Positions 17,673 through 27,639 of a stretch of 64,000 bases of DNA are shown here, one piece after another. The notes under the pieces are model-generated. The model saw only the letters and a program-made list of their open reading frames with translations, searched no databases and was not told where the DNA came from. Position 1 is the stretch's first letter. Every line of letters begins with the position of its first letter. Both the position numbers and the translations under genes were made by a program. The stretch is from Candidatus Sumerlaeaceae bacterium (GTDB lineage Bacteria; Sumerlaeota; Sumerlaeia; Sumerlaeales; Sumerlaeaceae): contig JBMFRB010000002.1 in the NCBI GenBank assembly GCA_049968255.1, forward strand, positions 288,001 through 352,000, read 5' to 3'.

Positions 17673-19058
17673 TCACTGAGCGATAGGATCCTGGTCCGAG
17701 GCAGAATCTTCTCTTTGTGGTAATAACCGGCGAGCAAATTCTAAGGCCTGCTCGTGCGTTGCGATCTGTCCCTCAAGTTGGGCGTCCTGCACTGCCGAAA
17801 GGATTTTCCGATAGATTGGGCCCGGCGGAATTTGGAGCTTATCGCGCAGATCATGCCCGGTAATAAGCGGGGGCGGTAAGGTGCGCGCTACGCCACCAGC
17901 GCGCAGTTTATGAAGTTCTGTGCGAGCAAAATAATAGTTGTCGAGCTTGCCATGGCTGGCTTCGCAGTCGGCTTTGTGAAGTTCAAGTTCTTCGGTGATT
18001 GTTGGAGCAGCCAGAAAACGAGCGCGTTTGGCGGGACGCATCTCCTTGATGGAGATGAACATCATGTGGCGACGCACCATCTCGACAACTTGCTCTCGTT
18101 CTGCATTTGAGAATTTTAGGCGGCGGCAGATTTCATCAGTAAGCTCCGCTCCCACCTGATCATGATTTGGAAAGGTAATCCTGTCCCCCACTCGCGTCTG
18201 TGTCACCGGTTTGCCGACGTCATGAAGAAGAGCTGCAAATGCAAGTGTCACCGAGGGGTTTGGTCCAAGTTTTTTAAGCAGAAGTTTCGTGTGGGTCAAG
18301 ACGTCGCCCTCCGGATGATACTCGGGTGGCTGAGCCACGCCTTTCATCCGAGCAACTTCTGGCAAGAGGATCTCCAGAGCGCCAGAATGATCGAGTAGAT
18401 CAAGAAAGCGCGCAGGATCTTTGCCAGTGAAACCTCTGATAAGCTCTTCGCGTATTCGTTCGACACTGAGAGCAGAAAGGTCCCGCACGTGTCTTGAAAG
18501 GGCCGACCACGTTTGCGATTCAATTTCGAAGCCGTGTGTTGCAGCGAATCGCAGTGCGCGCAGAACACGGAGTGCATCTTCCTCGAATCGGGCATCGGCA
18601 TTGCCCACAGTTCGCAGAAGCTTTTTCTCTAAATCTGGGATTCCCCCAACGTGGTCAAAAATCTCATCCGTAAAGGGATTCCAGTAAAGCGCGTTCACGG
18701 TAAAATCACGGCGTTGCGCGTCAGCTTCACGCGTCGAGAATTTCACGGACGACGGATGTCGGTGGTCCGCATAGAGACTTTCACTGCGGTAAGTGGTGAC
18801 TTCTACTCGTTGTCCACCACGCGCAATCAATACAACTCCGAACTCAATCCCGATGGGTTTACAGTTTTCCCCATAGGTTTCGATGAGCTTTTGGGGCACA
18901 GCGTCGGTCGCGATATCGCATTCCTTTGCAGGAATAGCCAGGAGATGGTCGCGTACGCACCCCCCGACGAGGAGTGCTTCGTGACCCGCCTGCGCCAGGT
19001 CGCGCAAGACTTCGATTGCAAGAGACCAATTCGGAGTTGATTCGTGATATTGACACAT
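17673..19058 (-). CDS. cca: CCA tRNA nucleotidyltransferase with HD domain
   Basis: VGGCVRD, RRDFTVNAL, EDALRVLRALRF, HPEGDV..H and LLHDVGK motifs. Start taken at ATG 19058 to avoid a head-to-head overlap. Confidence 0.9.
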   Translation of the reverse strand: MCQYHESTPNWSLAIEVLRDLAQAGHEALLVGGCVRDHLLAIPAKECDIATDAVPQKLIETYGENCKPIGIEFGVVLIARGGQRVEVTTYRSESLYADHRHPSSVKFSTREADAQRRDFTVNALYWNPFTDEIFDHVGGIPDLEKKLLRTVGNADARFEEDALRVLRALRFAATHGFEIESQTWSALSRHVRDLSALSVERIREELIRGFTGKDPARFLDLLDHSGALEILLPEVARMKGVAQPPEYHPEGDVLTHTKLLLKKLGPNPSVTLAFAALLHDVGKPVTQTRVGDRITFPNHDQVGAELTDEICRRLKFSNAEREQVVEMVRRHMMFISIKEMRPAKRARFLAAPTITEELELHKADCEASHGKLDNYYFARTELHKLRAGGVARTLPPPLITGHDLRDKLQIPPGPIYRKILSAVQDAQLEGQIATHEQALEFARRLLPQREDSASDQDPIAQ

Positions 19059-19111
19059 TCTGGCACTCCAATAAGGCTTAAACGACGCCGAATTTACGAG
19101 AGCAAAGGGCC

Positions 19112-20290
19112 GTGGCAACAGTAGAGCATAAAAAAGTTAAAATTGCTTACCTAATTACCAGCCTAGACGTAGGCGGTAGTGAACGACAACTTGTGGCATG
19201 GGTCAAGGGGCTGCCCAAAGATCGGTATGAATGCCATATTTTGTGTCTCTCAGGGTTTGGGCCGCTCGAAGAGGCTGCTCGTCACGCAGGCGCGATACTT
19301 CACGATCTGCGTTATCCTCGAAAGCGGGCGCCCGGGACTATTCGCGGCTCCACGCTACCCGCTGCATTTGCTGCGTGGCTGCGTTTGCTCCTTTTGCTGA
19401 AAAGGCTAAAACCTGATATTCTTCACACGATGATACCAGCGTGCAACGTGCTCGGCGGTGTGGCCGGACGTGTCGCCGGGGTTCGGCGCATGATTTGTAC
19501 CAAGTTGGCGCTTGGGCACTATCGTGACAACAGCCACATTCTTGCTCGCCTGGAAAACATTGTGGATCCATGGTTCAATCTCATACATTGTAAAAGTCGT
19601 GCTATCGCGGAAGATGTTCTGCGGCGCGAGCCAGTGCCGGCGCATAAGTTGCGGTTAGTCTACAACGGGATTGATTTGACGCGGTTTGACAAGTTACCAC
19701 CGCGAGAAATCATGCGAGCGGAGCTCGGGCTTCCAGTGGACGCTATTGTTGTCGGCACCGTTGCGAATCTCATTCCTTATAAGGGCCACAGAGAAATCGT
19801 CGAGGCCGCGGCGTTGCTCGTCCCCAAATTCCCTCAGATGAAGTTCTTGTGGGTTGGGCGCGATGATGGCATAGCGGCATCTCTTTTTGAGCAGGCACAG
19901 CTCCTCGGAGTTGCAGAAAACATTTGTTTCTTGGGACCGCGGCAGGATATCCCACGCGTGTTGGCAGCAGTGGACATGCTAGTGAGCGCTTCGCACGAGG
20001 AAGGATTCTCCAATGTCATCTTGGAAGCAATGGCTGCCGGATTGCCAGTCGTGGCAACGCGCGTTGGTGGCAATCCTGAGGCAGTCGTCGATGGCGAGAC
20101 TGGCTATATCGTGGCGCCTAAGGATCCCACGAGTTTAGCTGCAGCAATTGAAAAACTCGCGGCGGAACCGGATCTTGCCCGAACCATGGGGGAAAAAGGG
20201 CGAGTACGCGTGCGGGCGAATTTCTCCTACGAAGCTATGATCCTCGGCCTGGAGAGGCTCTATGACGAGCTCTTGACCACGATCGCTTGA
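19112..20290 (+). CDS. GT-B glycosyltransferase (GT4)
   Basis: GGSERQL, VYNGID and EGFSNVILEAMAAGLPVVAT motifs. Confidence 0.93.
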   Translation: MATVEHKKVKIAYLITSLDVGGSERQLVAWVKGLPKDRYECHILCLSGFGPLEEAARHAGAILHDLRYPRKRAPGTIRGSTLPAAFAAWLRLLLLLKRLKPDILHTMIPACNVLGGVAGRVAGVRRMICTKLALGHYRDNSHILARLENIVDPWFNLIHCKSRAIAEDVLRREPVPAHKLRLVYNGIDLTRFDKLPPREIMRAELGLPVDAIVVGTVANLIPYKGHREIVEAAALLVPKFPQMKFLWVGRDDGIAASLFEQAQLLGVAENICFLGPRQDIPRVLAAVDMLVSASHEEGFSNVILEAMAAGLPVVATRVGGNPEAVVDGETGYIVAPKDPTSLAAAIEKLAAEPDLARTMGEKGRVRVRANFSYEAMILGLERLYDELLTTIA

Positions 20291-20346
20291 GACTAGCAAA
20301 GTCCAAGTGATTCACTGCTTCAGACTTTTTCATTACGGAGGGATTC

Positions 20347-21087
20347 ATGAAAGGCGTCGTTCTGGCGGGCGGGTTGGGAACACGGCTTTATCCTCTTACG
20401 AAGATTACAAATAAACATCTTCTTCCCATCTATGATCAGCCGATGATCTATTACCCCATCCAGCAGCTCGTGAATGCTGGCATACGCGAAATTATGCTGG
20501 TGACTGGGGGATCATTCGCAGGCCACTTTCTCAACCTACTGGAAAATGGCGGGGACTTTGGGTTGCGACGTTTGCACTATGCTTTCCAGCGCGGGGAAGG
20601 GGGGATTGCTGATGCACTGAAACTTGCGGAAGATTTTGTCGACGGCGAGCGATGTGTCGTTATTCTTGGTGATAACATTTTCCAAAACCCAATCGCGCCC
20701 GCTGTTGAAAAATTCCGCAACCAGTCGGAAGGCGCGCGAATTCTTTTGAAAGAGGTGCCCGATCCCCAGCGCTTTGGCGTAGCGGAGCTGCGTGATGGCA
20801 AGGTCATCTCGATCGAGGAAAAACCGGTTCAGCCCAAAAGCAACTACGCCGTGACGGGTGTCTACATGTACGATGCGTATGTGTGGGAGGTCGTGAAGAC
20901 GCTCAAACCTAGCCGGCGAAACGAACTCGAGATTACCGATGTGAACAATGCCTATATTGCACGCGGAACGCTTTGCTACGACATCGTCGAGGGTTGGTGG
21001 ACCGATGCAGGGACCTTCGATAGCCTTCTGCGCGCAAACAGTCTTGTCGCTCAGCAACGCCGTTCGGACGCGGCATTCGCACAATGA
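20347..21087 (+). CDS. Sugar-1-phosphate nucleotidylyltransferase (glucose-1-P thymidylyltransferase, short form)
   Basis: LAGGLGTRLYPLT, KHLLPIYD, EKP, ELEITD and WTDAGT motifs; GGAGG RBS. Confidence 0.92.
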   Translation: MKGVVLAGGLGTRLYPLTKITNKHLLPIYDQPMIYYPIQQLVNAGIREIMLVTGGSFAGHFLNLLENGGDFGLRRLHYAFQRGEGGIADALKLAEDFVDGERCVVILGDNIFQNPIAPAVEKFRNQSEGARILLKEVPDPQRFGVAELRDGKVISIEEKPVQPKSNYAVTGVYMYDAYVWEVVKTLKPSRRNELEITDVNNAYIARGTLCYDIVEGWWTDAGTFDSLLRANSLVAQQRRSDAAFAQ

Positions 21088-21116
21088 GGGTAGCGCAACA
21101 AGGAAGGCCATCCACC

Positions 21117-22214
21117 CTACGCGGCGGGCTGGCCCTCCTCTGTTTGACTCATAAGCGCCATCATTTTCTCACGCATTTCGGCCGGGTAATGGCAGCGCTG
21201 CAACGCGATCTCTCCCGTGATAATGCCGCGCTTATAGAGGTTGAGCAGATAGTCGTCGAGCGTGATCATGCCCTGCTTGGCACTCGTTTGAATTGTTGAA
21301 ATGATACGGTTGACCTTTTTCTCGCGGATGAGGTTTGCCACCGCTGGCGTGTTGTGCAAAATTTCGTACGCGGCGACGCGGCCTTTTCCACTGGCACGGG
21401 GCACAAGTGTCTGCGCGATGATGGTACGAAGCGCAACCGAGAGCACTGCACGGATCTGCTCCTGCTGGTTAACGGGGAAGGCGTCAATAATACGGTTGAC
21501 TGTTTCTGAAGCGGACACAGTGTGCAGTGTGGCAAAAACGAGGTGACCTGTTTCTGCAGCGGTGATTGCGGCTTCCATGGTTTCGAGGTCGCGCATTTCG
21601 CCCACGAGGATTACGTCCGGGTCCTGGCGCAACGCCCCGCGTAGCGCATAGGCAAAACTGGGTGTGTCCACGTGGAGCTCGCGATGGGTGACGATGGCTT
21701 TCTTGTGTGGATGAATGTACTCAAGCGGATCTTCGATGGTGATGATGTGGCAGTATCGCTCGGAGTTGATATAATCGATCATCGTGGCCAAGGTCGTCGT
21801 CTTACCGGAACCAGTCGGGCCAGTCACGAGAACAAGTCCGCGGTGTGCATGAAGCACTTCGATAATTGAGTCGCGGGGCAGTCCCAATTGATCGAAGGTC
21901 AAAATCTTCGACGGAATGAGACGCATGACGATTGAGATGTTGCCACGAGCTCGAAAAACTGCGCAGCGGAAACGCGCCAGATCGCTGTAAGCATAGGCGA
22001 AGTCGGCGCTACCTGTTTCCTGAATCATTTGTTGATAGCGTGGCGGGGTGATCTCGCGCATCAAGCGGTCAGAGTCTTCCGGTGTGATGATATGCGGATC
22101 AACCACGTCGAGGATTCCGTGGAGACGCATCACAGGCGGTTTTCCCACCGAAATGTGAAGGTCTGAAGCTTCGCGTTCCACGACGAGCTTTAGCATCTCG
22201 TTCATTTCAAGCAT
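21117..22214 (-). CDS. pilT: Type IV pilus retraction ATPase
   Basis: ASDLHI, GPTGSGKTTT, LRQDPDVILVGEMRD, TGHLVFATLH and AVANLIRE (AIRNLIRE-like) motifs. Confidence 0.95.
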   Translation of the reverse strand: MLEMNEMLKLVVEREASDLHISVGKPPVMRLHGILDVVDPHIITPEDSDRLMREITPPRYQQMIQETGSADFAYAYSDLARFRCAVFRARGNISIVMRLIPSKILTFDQLGLPRDSIIEVLHAHRGLVLVTGPTGSGKTTTLATMIDYINSERYCHIITIEDPLEYIHPHKKAIVTHRELHVDTPSFAYALRGALRQDPDVILVGEMRDLETMEAAITAAETGHLVFATLHTVSASETVNRIIDAFPVNQQEQIRAVLSVALRTIIAQTLVPRASGKGRVAAYEILHNTPAVANLIREKKVNRIISTIQTSAKQGMITLDDYLLNLYKRGIITGEIALQRCHYPAEMREKMMALMSQTEEGQPAA

Positions 22215-22351
22215 GGTGGCAAACCCTCTCTCGTCGTTCCTAATTCTGCATGTTTCGTGATGGGATTATGGGGCAGAATATGCCTGCCCCCAACTAAGAA
22301 ATTAGCTTCGACCGCCCTCGGCAATCTCGGCAAGAAGATTCGTAAGCGACG

Positions 22352-23167
22352 TCAGTGAGTGGGTGGTGGCCACTCGGCGCGCGCGAACGCGGTTTTTTCC
22401 AGCCAAATCATAGGCGGCGCGTTTCCAAGAGCTTCGCTGGCGAAGTTGATCCCGTGGGTTCCTTCCTGCGTGCTCCAATAATGCAGCCCCACGCGTTCGC
22501 CTTTTTGATTATAGGCCCAACCGACAAAGATCACGCTGTGCCCAGATTTGTTGTGCCGCCAGATTTGAACGAAATCCCCCGGAACAGCTTCCTCAGGTCG
22601 AATTTTTCTTCCGAAGTGAAAAGCCTCGAAAGCGTCGCCGGGACCTGCCGCATAAAGTTCTTTGCAAAACCATAGCCGCTTGAATTCACGAGGATCTACT
22701 CGTTCAAGTAGCGGACTCACGCCGAGTGCTTCGTAGCATTTGTAGAAAACTTCCAAGGTAAGTCCACAACAGAACGTTCTTGCCTTCGGCTCGCCTTTCA
22801 TAAAGCGACGACCAGCAACGATGACGTCGGTTGTGCATCCGTCATACTCTAACTCCCCTTTCCGCGGCCAGAAGTAATCGTGAAGACCTGTCCGGGGATA
22901 ACTCAGCAGGACTTCCACGACCTTGCGGTTGAAAGTTGGCAGTGTTGTGGACGTAGCAAGTAATGCTTCTTCGTAGCAGAAAGGACGAATTTCGGTTATC
23001 CACTTGGCCGAGGTAAGGCGGTCCTTCGTTTCGATATAGGTGACCGGCGACGAGCAGGGCAGGTCGTTTGCTTTCATGCTTAATTCGACGGCTCCACTTG
23101 TCTCGGCGCAGGCGGCTCTCGAGAAGGCAAGAATAATTACTGCTGTCAAGATTGGGTGCGCAATCAT
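22352..23167 (-). CDS. Exported protein, putative NlpC/P60-superfamily cysteine hydrolase
   Basis: Signal peptide; TFCCGL, PGDFVQIW and SGHSVIF motifs in papain-like order; 4-bp overlap with dapL. Confidence 0.6.
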   Translation of the reverse strand: MIAHPILTAVIILAFSRAACAETSGAVELSMKANDLPCSSPVTYIETKDRLTSAKWITEIRPFCYEEALLATSTTLPTFNRKVVEVLLSYPRTGLHDYFWPRKGELEYDGCTTDVIVAGRRFMKGEPKARTFCCGLTLEVFYKCYEALGVSPLLERVDPREFKRLWFCKELYAAGPGDAFEAFHFGRKIRPEEAVPGDFVQIWRHNKSGHSVIFVGWAYNQKGERVGLHYWSTQEGTHGINFASEALGNAPPMIWLEKTAFARAEWPPPTH

Positions 23168-24330
23168 GCCAAGCTCGTCCTTTCGATTCTATCGCAAGCC
23201 TCTTCGATGCGTTGCTCAGAGGCCGTCAATGCAATGCGAATAAATCCTTCCCCACGCTCGCCAAATGCTGTTCCCGGGGTAACCATCACAGCGCACTTTT
23301 GGAGGAGCTCCATAGTCATCTCCGTTGATGTTTTCCCGTTGAGTGTTGGAAGCCAGACATAGAACGTACCACGAGGGCGGGTGAAATTAGGCCACTTCAA
23401 GCGCTCCAGTCGATTCAGCAAGATCTGGCAGCGGCGCTCGTACACGTCCAGCAGGGGCGGAACAAGTTCGTCGAAATGTTCCATCGCTACAATAGCTGCG
23501 TCTTGGACAGCACCGAAAACACCGGAGTCGACATTAGCTTTGACTTCCGCCAAAGCGCCAACGACAGCGCGATTACCGGCAGCAAACCCGATTCGCCATC
23601 CCGTCATATGGAAGGTTTTGGAGAAAGAGTGGAACTCAAGACCTACGTCTTTCGCGCCAGGAACTTCAAGGAAGCTATGGGCGCGCTCTCCGCGAAACAC
23701 CATGTCAATGTAGGCTGCGTCATGCGCCACCACAAACTTGTATTTTTTTGCAAACCAGACTACCTTTTCAAAAAACTCCAGGGGGGCAAAAGTTGCCGTA
23801 GGATTGTTAGGATAGTTTAGCCAGAGAAGTCGTGTACGTGCCAAGGTATCGGATGATACAGCGTCAAGGTCGGGGAGGAAATTGTTATCAGGCAATAGAG
23901 GTAACGCGTATGGCTCACCACCGGCAAAAAGTGCGGAAACACGGTAAACCGGGTATCCTGGTTCGGGATAGAGCACAACTTTACCGGGATCAACGACAGC
24001 TAAGGGAAGGTGTCCAATACCTTCCTTGGAGCCGATGAGCGCAACGATTTCGCTGGTGGGATCGAGCTTCACCCCATGCTTGGTTTCATAGTAGCGCGCG
24101 ATTTGTTGTCGTAGGGCCAATTTCCCCGTGCCGAGCGGATAGCAGTGATTCTCTGGTTTTTCAGCAGCGTGTGCGAGGGCCTCTACGATGAGCGATGGGG
24201 TCGGCAGATCTGGATCTCCGATGCTGAGGCTGATGACATCTTCGCCTCGCTCGATCGCTTCTTTTTTCATGCGATCAAGTTCGACAAAGATATACGGTGG
24301 AATTTGGCGCAAGCGTTGAGCAATCTCCAT
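23164..24330 (-). CDS. dapL: LL-diaminopimelate aminotransferase (class I/II PLP enzyme)
   Basis: GDPD, GSKEGIGH, NYPNNPT, HDAAY and SFSKTFHMTGWRIG motifs. Confidence 0.8.
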   Translation of the reverse strand: MEIAQRLRQIPPYIFVELDRMKKEAIERGEDVISLSIGDPDLPTPSLIVEALAHAAEKPENHCYPLGTGKLALRQQIARYYETKHGVKLDPTSEIVALIGSKEGIGHLPLAVVDPGKVVLYPEPGYPVYRVSALFAGGEPYALPLLPDNNFLPDLDAVSSDTLARTRLLWLNYPNNPTATFAPLEFFEKVVWFAKKYKFVVAHDAAYIDMVFRGERAHSFLEVPGAKDVGLEFHSFSKTFHMTGWRIGFAAGNRAVVGALAEVKANVDSGVFGAVQDAAIVAMEHFDELVPPLLDVYERRCQILLNRLERLKWPNFTRPRGTFYVWLPTLNGKTSTEMTMELLQKCAVMVTPGTAFGERGEGFIRIALTASEQRIEEACDRIERTSLA

Positions 24331-24395
24331 CGTTGACTATCTCCTTTCTTGCTGTTAGCGCGGTAACTGAGAGGCTAATAGTCTTGCATTATTGC

Positions 24396-25484
24396 CTAGG
24401 GAAGGGGATTCGTTTCGCCAAAGAGTGCGTCAGAGGCGTTTTCCTCGTCGCGAGTCTCGATTCTTTTTCCTCGAAGCCCTACACTGTAGCCCATCGCGCG
24501 AAGAAGCTCGGTCACCTCGAGATTGTCGTAAGAGCCTGAAAACATCACGCGTTCGAATATGGGGCTATACTCCCATTTCGACGGATGTGAAGCGTTGGGT
24601 TTGGGTTCAAGAAGAGTCGAGAGCTGGGCGTCAAGCTGGTCTGCATGATGCACGATGACAGCCTCGAGGGTGTGTGGCTGTTTGGGTGAGCCAAACTCGA
24701 GGTAGCCATGATGGCTGAGCACGATGTGTTGGATGAGTACTTTTTTGTGAGCAGGTGGAGAACCAAGGCGAGTCGCTTCGTATTCTATGAGCGCAAAACC
24801 CATCGGTATGTGGCCGATCAGTCGTCCCATGTCGGTGTAGGCGATTTTTTTCTCGAAGGAAAATTCGATGGTTTTTCCGATGTCATGAAGCAACGCGCCG
24901 GCAAGTAAGATGTCAGTGTTTGCTGCGGGATAGTTCTCCGCAATTTTCAGGGCGTTTTTGGTTACCATGACAGTGTGTTCTAGCAAGCCGCCGAGATAGG
25001 CTTGATGCATGGTCACTGCGCTCGGAGCTCGCCTGAATCGCTTCCAGAAGCGGGGTTTACTAAAAATCGCCTGCACGAGGTTGAGAATGTCAGGATCACG
25101 AATTTTCTCAACGAGTGCCCAGAATTCTTTTTCGAGCTCCTCTACCGGATAGGGGGTAACCGGAAGAAAGTCCTCGGGATTGACGCATTCATCGGGCACC
25201 TTTTCTGCCTTCGACACGTGAACCTGGAGCTGGTTTTGGTGGGAGCGCACATCGCCAGTCACCTTGATGTAATCATTTTGGCTGATTGCACCGTTCTTGA
25301 ATGCGCTGAAGTTGTCCCACATTACGCCGGTGATTTTACCAGAAGCATCGCGAAGCACCATCGTAAGGAACGTCCCGCCGTCTTTGCGCGGGCGGATTTG
25401 AAAATCCTCGAGAAGGTACACGCCCTCGACTCTGTCGCCGTTGCGAAGCTGAGAAACTTCGATGCGCGGTAGTCCTGCGGTCAT
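24396..25484 (-). CDS. yhaM: 3'-5' exoribonuclease YhaM family (OB fold + HD)
   Basis: LRDASG OB fold, HQAYLGGLLEH, LHDIGK, SHHG and HADQLD motifs. Start taken at ATG 25484. Confidence 0.88.
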   Translation of the reverse strand: MTAGLPRIEVSQLRNGDRVEGVYLLEDFQIRPRKDGGTFLTMVLRDASGKITGVMWDNFSAFKNGAISQNDYIKVTGDVRSHQNQLQVHVSKAEKVPDECVNPEDFLPVTPYPVEELEKEFWALVEKIRDPDILNLVQAIFSKPRFWKRFRRAPSAVTMHQAYLGGLLEHTVMVTKNALKIAENYPAANTDILLAGALLHDIGKTIEFSFEKKIAYTDMGRLIGHIPMGFALIEYEATRLGSPPAHKKVLIQHIVLSHHGYLEFGSPKQPHTLEAVIVHHADQLDAQLSTLLEPKPNASHPSKWEYSPIFERVMFSGSYDNLEVTELLRAMGYSVGLRGKRIETRDEENASDALFGETNPLP

Positions 25485-25634
25485 TCTTTGCTGTCTTCCA
25501 TTCTGTTTTCCCCTATGTGTATCGGCCTTGGGAGTTAATGCAACTTTCAAGAGACAGGCGGTCGGCCTCACGTGAATTTAGCCCGCAAAAGCCAAATACT
25601 TTGAGATAAGCACAGAGTGTGGAGACCACCAACA

Positions 25635-27014
25635 ATGCCTTTTCTTCGTAGCTATCACATCGTGACGTATGGCTGTCAGATGAACGACAACGACTCGGAA
25701 ATCATGTCTGGCATACTCGAGGCCAAGGGACTCGTGTACGAGCCAGCTGCGGAAAAAGCTGATGTCGTTGTCGTTAATACGTGTGTGGTCCGCGAAGGGG
25801 CAGAAGAGCGCGCCTTGGGCCGCGTGGCTAACCTTGCCGCGGCGAAAAAACAGGGCACCTGCAAGATCATCGCGGTCAGTGGCTGCATGGCCCAAAAAGA
25901 GGGGCACCAGCTATTGGACGCACTGCCGTTTGTGGACCTCGTGGTCGGCACCCGTGACCTTTTCAAGCTTGGCTTGCTTATCGAACAAGTCTTCACAAGT
26001 GGCGAGCGCTTGGTTGCGGTCGAGGATATCGACAAGCCGGTTTTCGCTAGCGTTCAGCCGGTTCGGCGATTTTCTCAGGTGCGCGGCCTTGTCACGGTCA
26101 TGTATGGATGCAACAACTTCTGCACGTTTTGCATCGTTCCGCACACGCGCGGACGCGAAGTGAGCCGGCCGGTCGGCGAGGTAGTCGAAGAAGTGCAACG
26201 ATTGGCGGAGGAAGGCTACGCGGAAGTTATTCTTCTCGGCCAAAACGTGAACAGCTATTATGATAAGCAAAAGCGTGCAGATTTTGCCGACTTATTGGCT
26301 GCGGTGAACGACGTGAACGGCATTCGGCGGATTCGCTTTGTCACCTCACACCCAAAAGATTGCTCACCCCGACTTATTGAAGCGATGGCGACACTAGACA
26401 AGGTGTGTGAATCCATTCATTTACCTGTGCAGGCGGGTTCGAACCGTGTGCTCCGGCGGATGAAACGCTTTTACACTAAGGAAGAGTACCTCAATTTGCT
26501 GGAAGCTCTGAGAGCCCGGGTTCCATGTGTAGCCATCACAACAGACATCATTGTTGGTTTCCCCGACGAAACGGAGCAAGATTTTGAGGAAACTTACGAC
26601 CTGATGCAGCGTGCGCAATGGGATAGCGCGTTCATGTTCATGTACTCCCCGCGTCCCGGCACGAAGGCCGCTGAGTGGGCAGACTCTGTGGCCCAAGAAG
26701 AGAAAAAGCGCCGACTGCAACGTTGTATAGCGCTTCAGGAGAAGATTAGCACCGAGATTAATGCCCAGCTTTTGGGGACAGTCCAGAAAGTGTTAGTTGA
26801 GTCAGTTTCCAAGAAATCGGATCAGCAGCTTATGGGGCGGACGCGAACTGACAAGGCAGTGGTCTTTAATGGTTCACCCGCTCTCATAGGCCAGGAAGTT
26901 CATGTCCGGATTACGGAGACCTTCGCGCACACCTTGCGAGGCATTTTGTTGACGTCGGAAATGTCACCAGTTGCCTCTGAGTTTGCCCTGTGCGGAGAAA
27001 AATTGACACAATGA
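25635..27014 (+). CDS. miaB: tRNA-i6A37 methylthiotransferase
   Basis: TYGCQMN, NTC, GCMA, GCNNFCTFC, LLGQNVNSY motifs and a TRAM domain; GGAG RBS before ATG 25635. Confidence 0.96.
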   Translation: MPFLRSYHIVTYGCQMNDNDSEIMSGILEAKGLVYEPAAEKADVVVVNTCVVREGAEERALGRVANLAAAKKQGTCKIIAVSGCMAQKEGHQLLDALPFVDLVVGTRDLFKLGLLIEQVFTSGERLVAVEDIDKPVFASVQPVRRFSQVRGLVTVMYGCNNFCTFCIVPHTRGREVSRPVGEVVEEVQRLAEEGYAEVILLGQNVNSYYDKQKRADFADLLAAVNDVNGIRRIRFVTSHPKDCSPRLIEAMATLDKVCESIHLPVQAGSNRVLRRMKRFYTKEEYLNLLEALRARVPCVAITTDIIVGFPDETEQDFEETYDLMQRAQWDSAFMFMYSPRPGTKAAEWADSVAQEEKKRRLQRCIALQEKISTEINAQLLGTVQKVLVESVSKKSDQQLMGRTRTDKAVVFNGSPALIGQEVHVRITETFAHTLRGILLTSEMSPVASEFALCGEKLTQ

Positions 27015-27054
27015 GGACAAGCCACGCAATCCACGGGATGAGAAAGGCGTCCAC

Positions 27055-27540
27055 ATGAGAGAGCTGACATCGGTCCGCGAGTACTTCGGTACGGTATGGA
27101 ACGCGGTAAAAACCACCCTCGTGGGAATGGGTGTAACTGGCCGTTATTTTGTTAGCAAGCCGGTGACATTGCAATATCCTGACGAAAAACCAGAAATTCC
27201 ACCGGGCTACCGGGGGATCCACGTCTATGAGGTGGACCGATGCATTGCCTGTGATCAGTGCGCCATCGCTTGTCCCGTAGATTGTATCACCATAGAGAGT
27301 ATCGGCAAAGGCAAGAATGCGGTCCTGACGCGCTACGAGATTGATTATAATCGCTGCATGTTCTGCGGTCTGTGCATTGACCCGTGCCCAACGGATTGCC
27401 TTCACATGGGATTGAGCTACGATCTGACGCGTTTCCGCAGCGAGGAATGCTCCATAGATTTCGTTGAACTCTCAAAGAAGGGACTGCAGTCGCCCACAGG
27501 AGAGCGGGTGGTGTGGCTAGCAGAGCCAACACGCAAATAA
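27055..27540 (+). CDS. nuoI: NADH-quinone oxidoreductase subunit I-like 2x[4Fe-4S] protein
   Basis: VTLQYP, YRGIH, CIACDQCAIACP and CMFCGLCIDPCP motifs. Confidence 0.85.
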   Translation: MRELTSVREYFGTVWNAVKTTLVGMGVTGRYFVSKPVTLQYPDEKPEIPPGYRGIHVYEVDRCIACDQCAIACPVDCITIESIGKGKNAVLTRYEIDYNRCMFCGLCIDPCPTDCLHMGLSYDLTRFRSEECSIDFVELSKKGLQSPTGERVVWLAEPTRK

Positions 27541-27639
27541 AAATTCGAAGGCACCGATTTGCGTGATCGCACAGGGGAATGGGGTATGCGCAACTTCATG
27601 TTTGCGTTGAGAGTCTGTCTGCTGGCACGCTGAACTTAT

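Noticed and set aside
22270-22290. GGGGCAG/CTGCCCC hairpin upstream of pilT
   Set aside because: No U-tract on the coding strand, so I did not call it a terminator or riboswitch.
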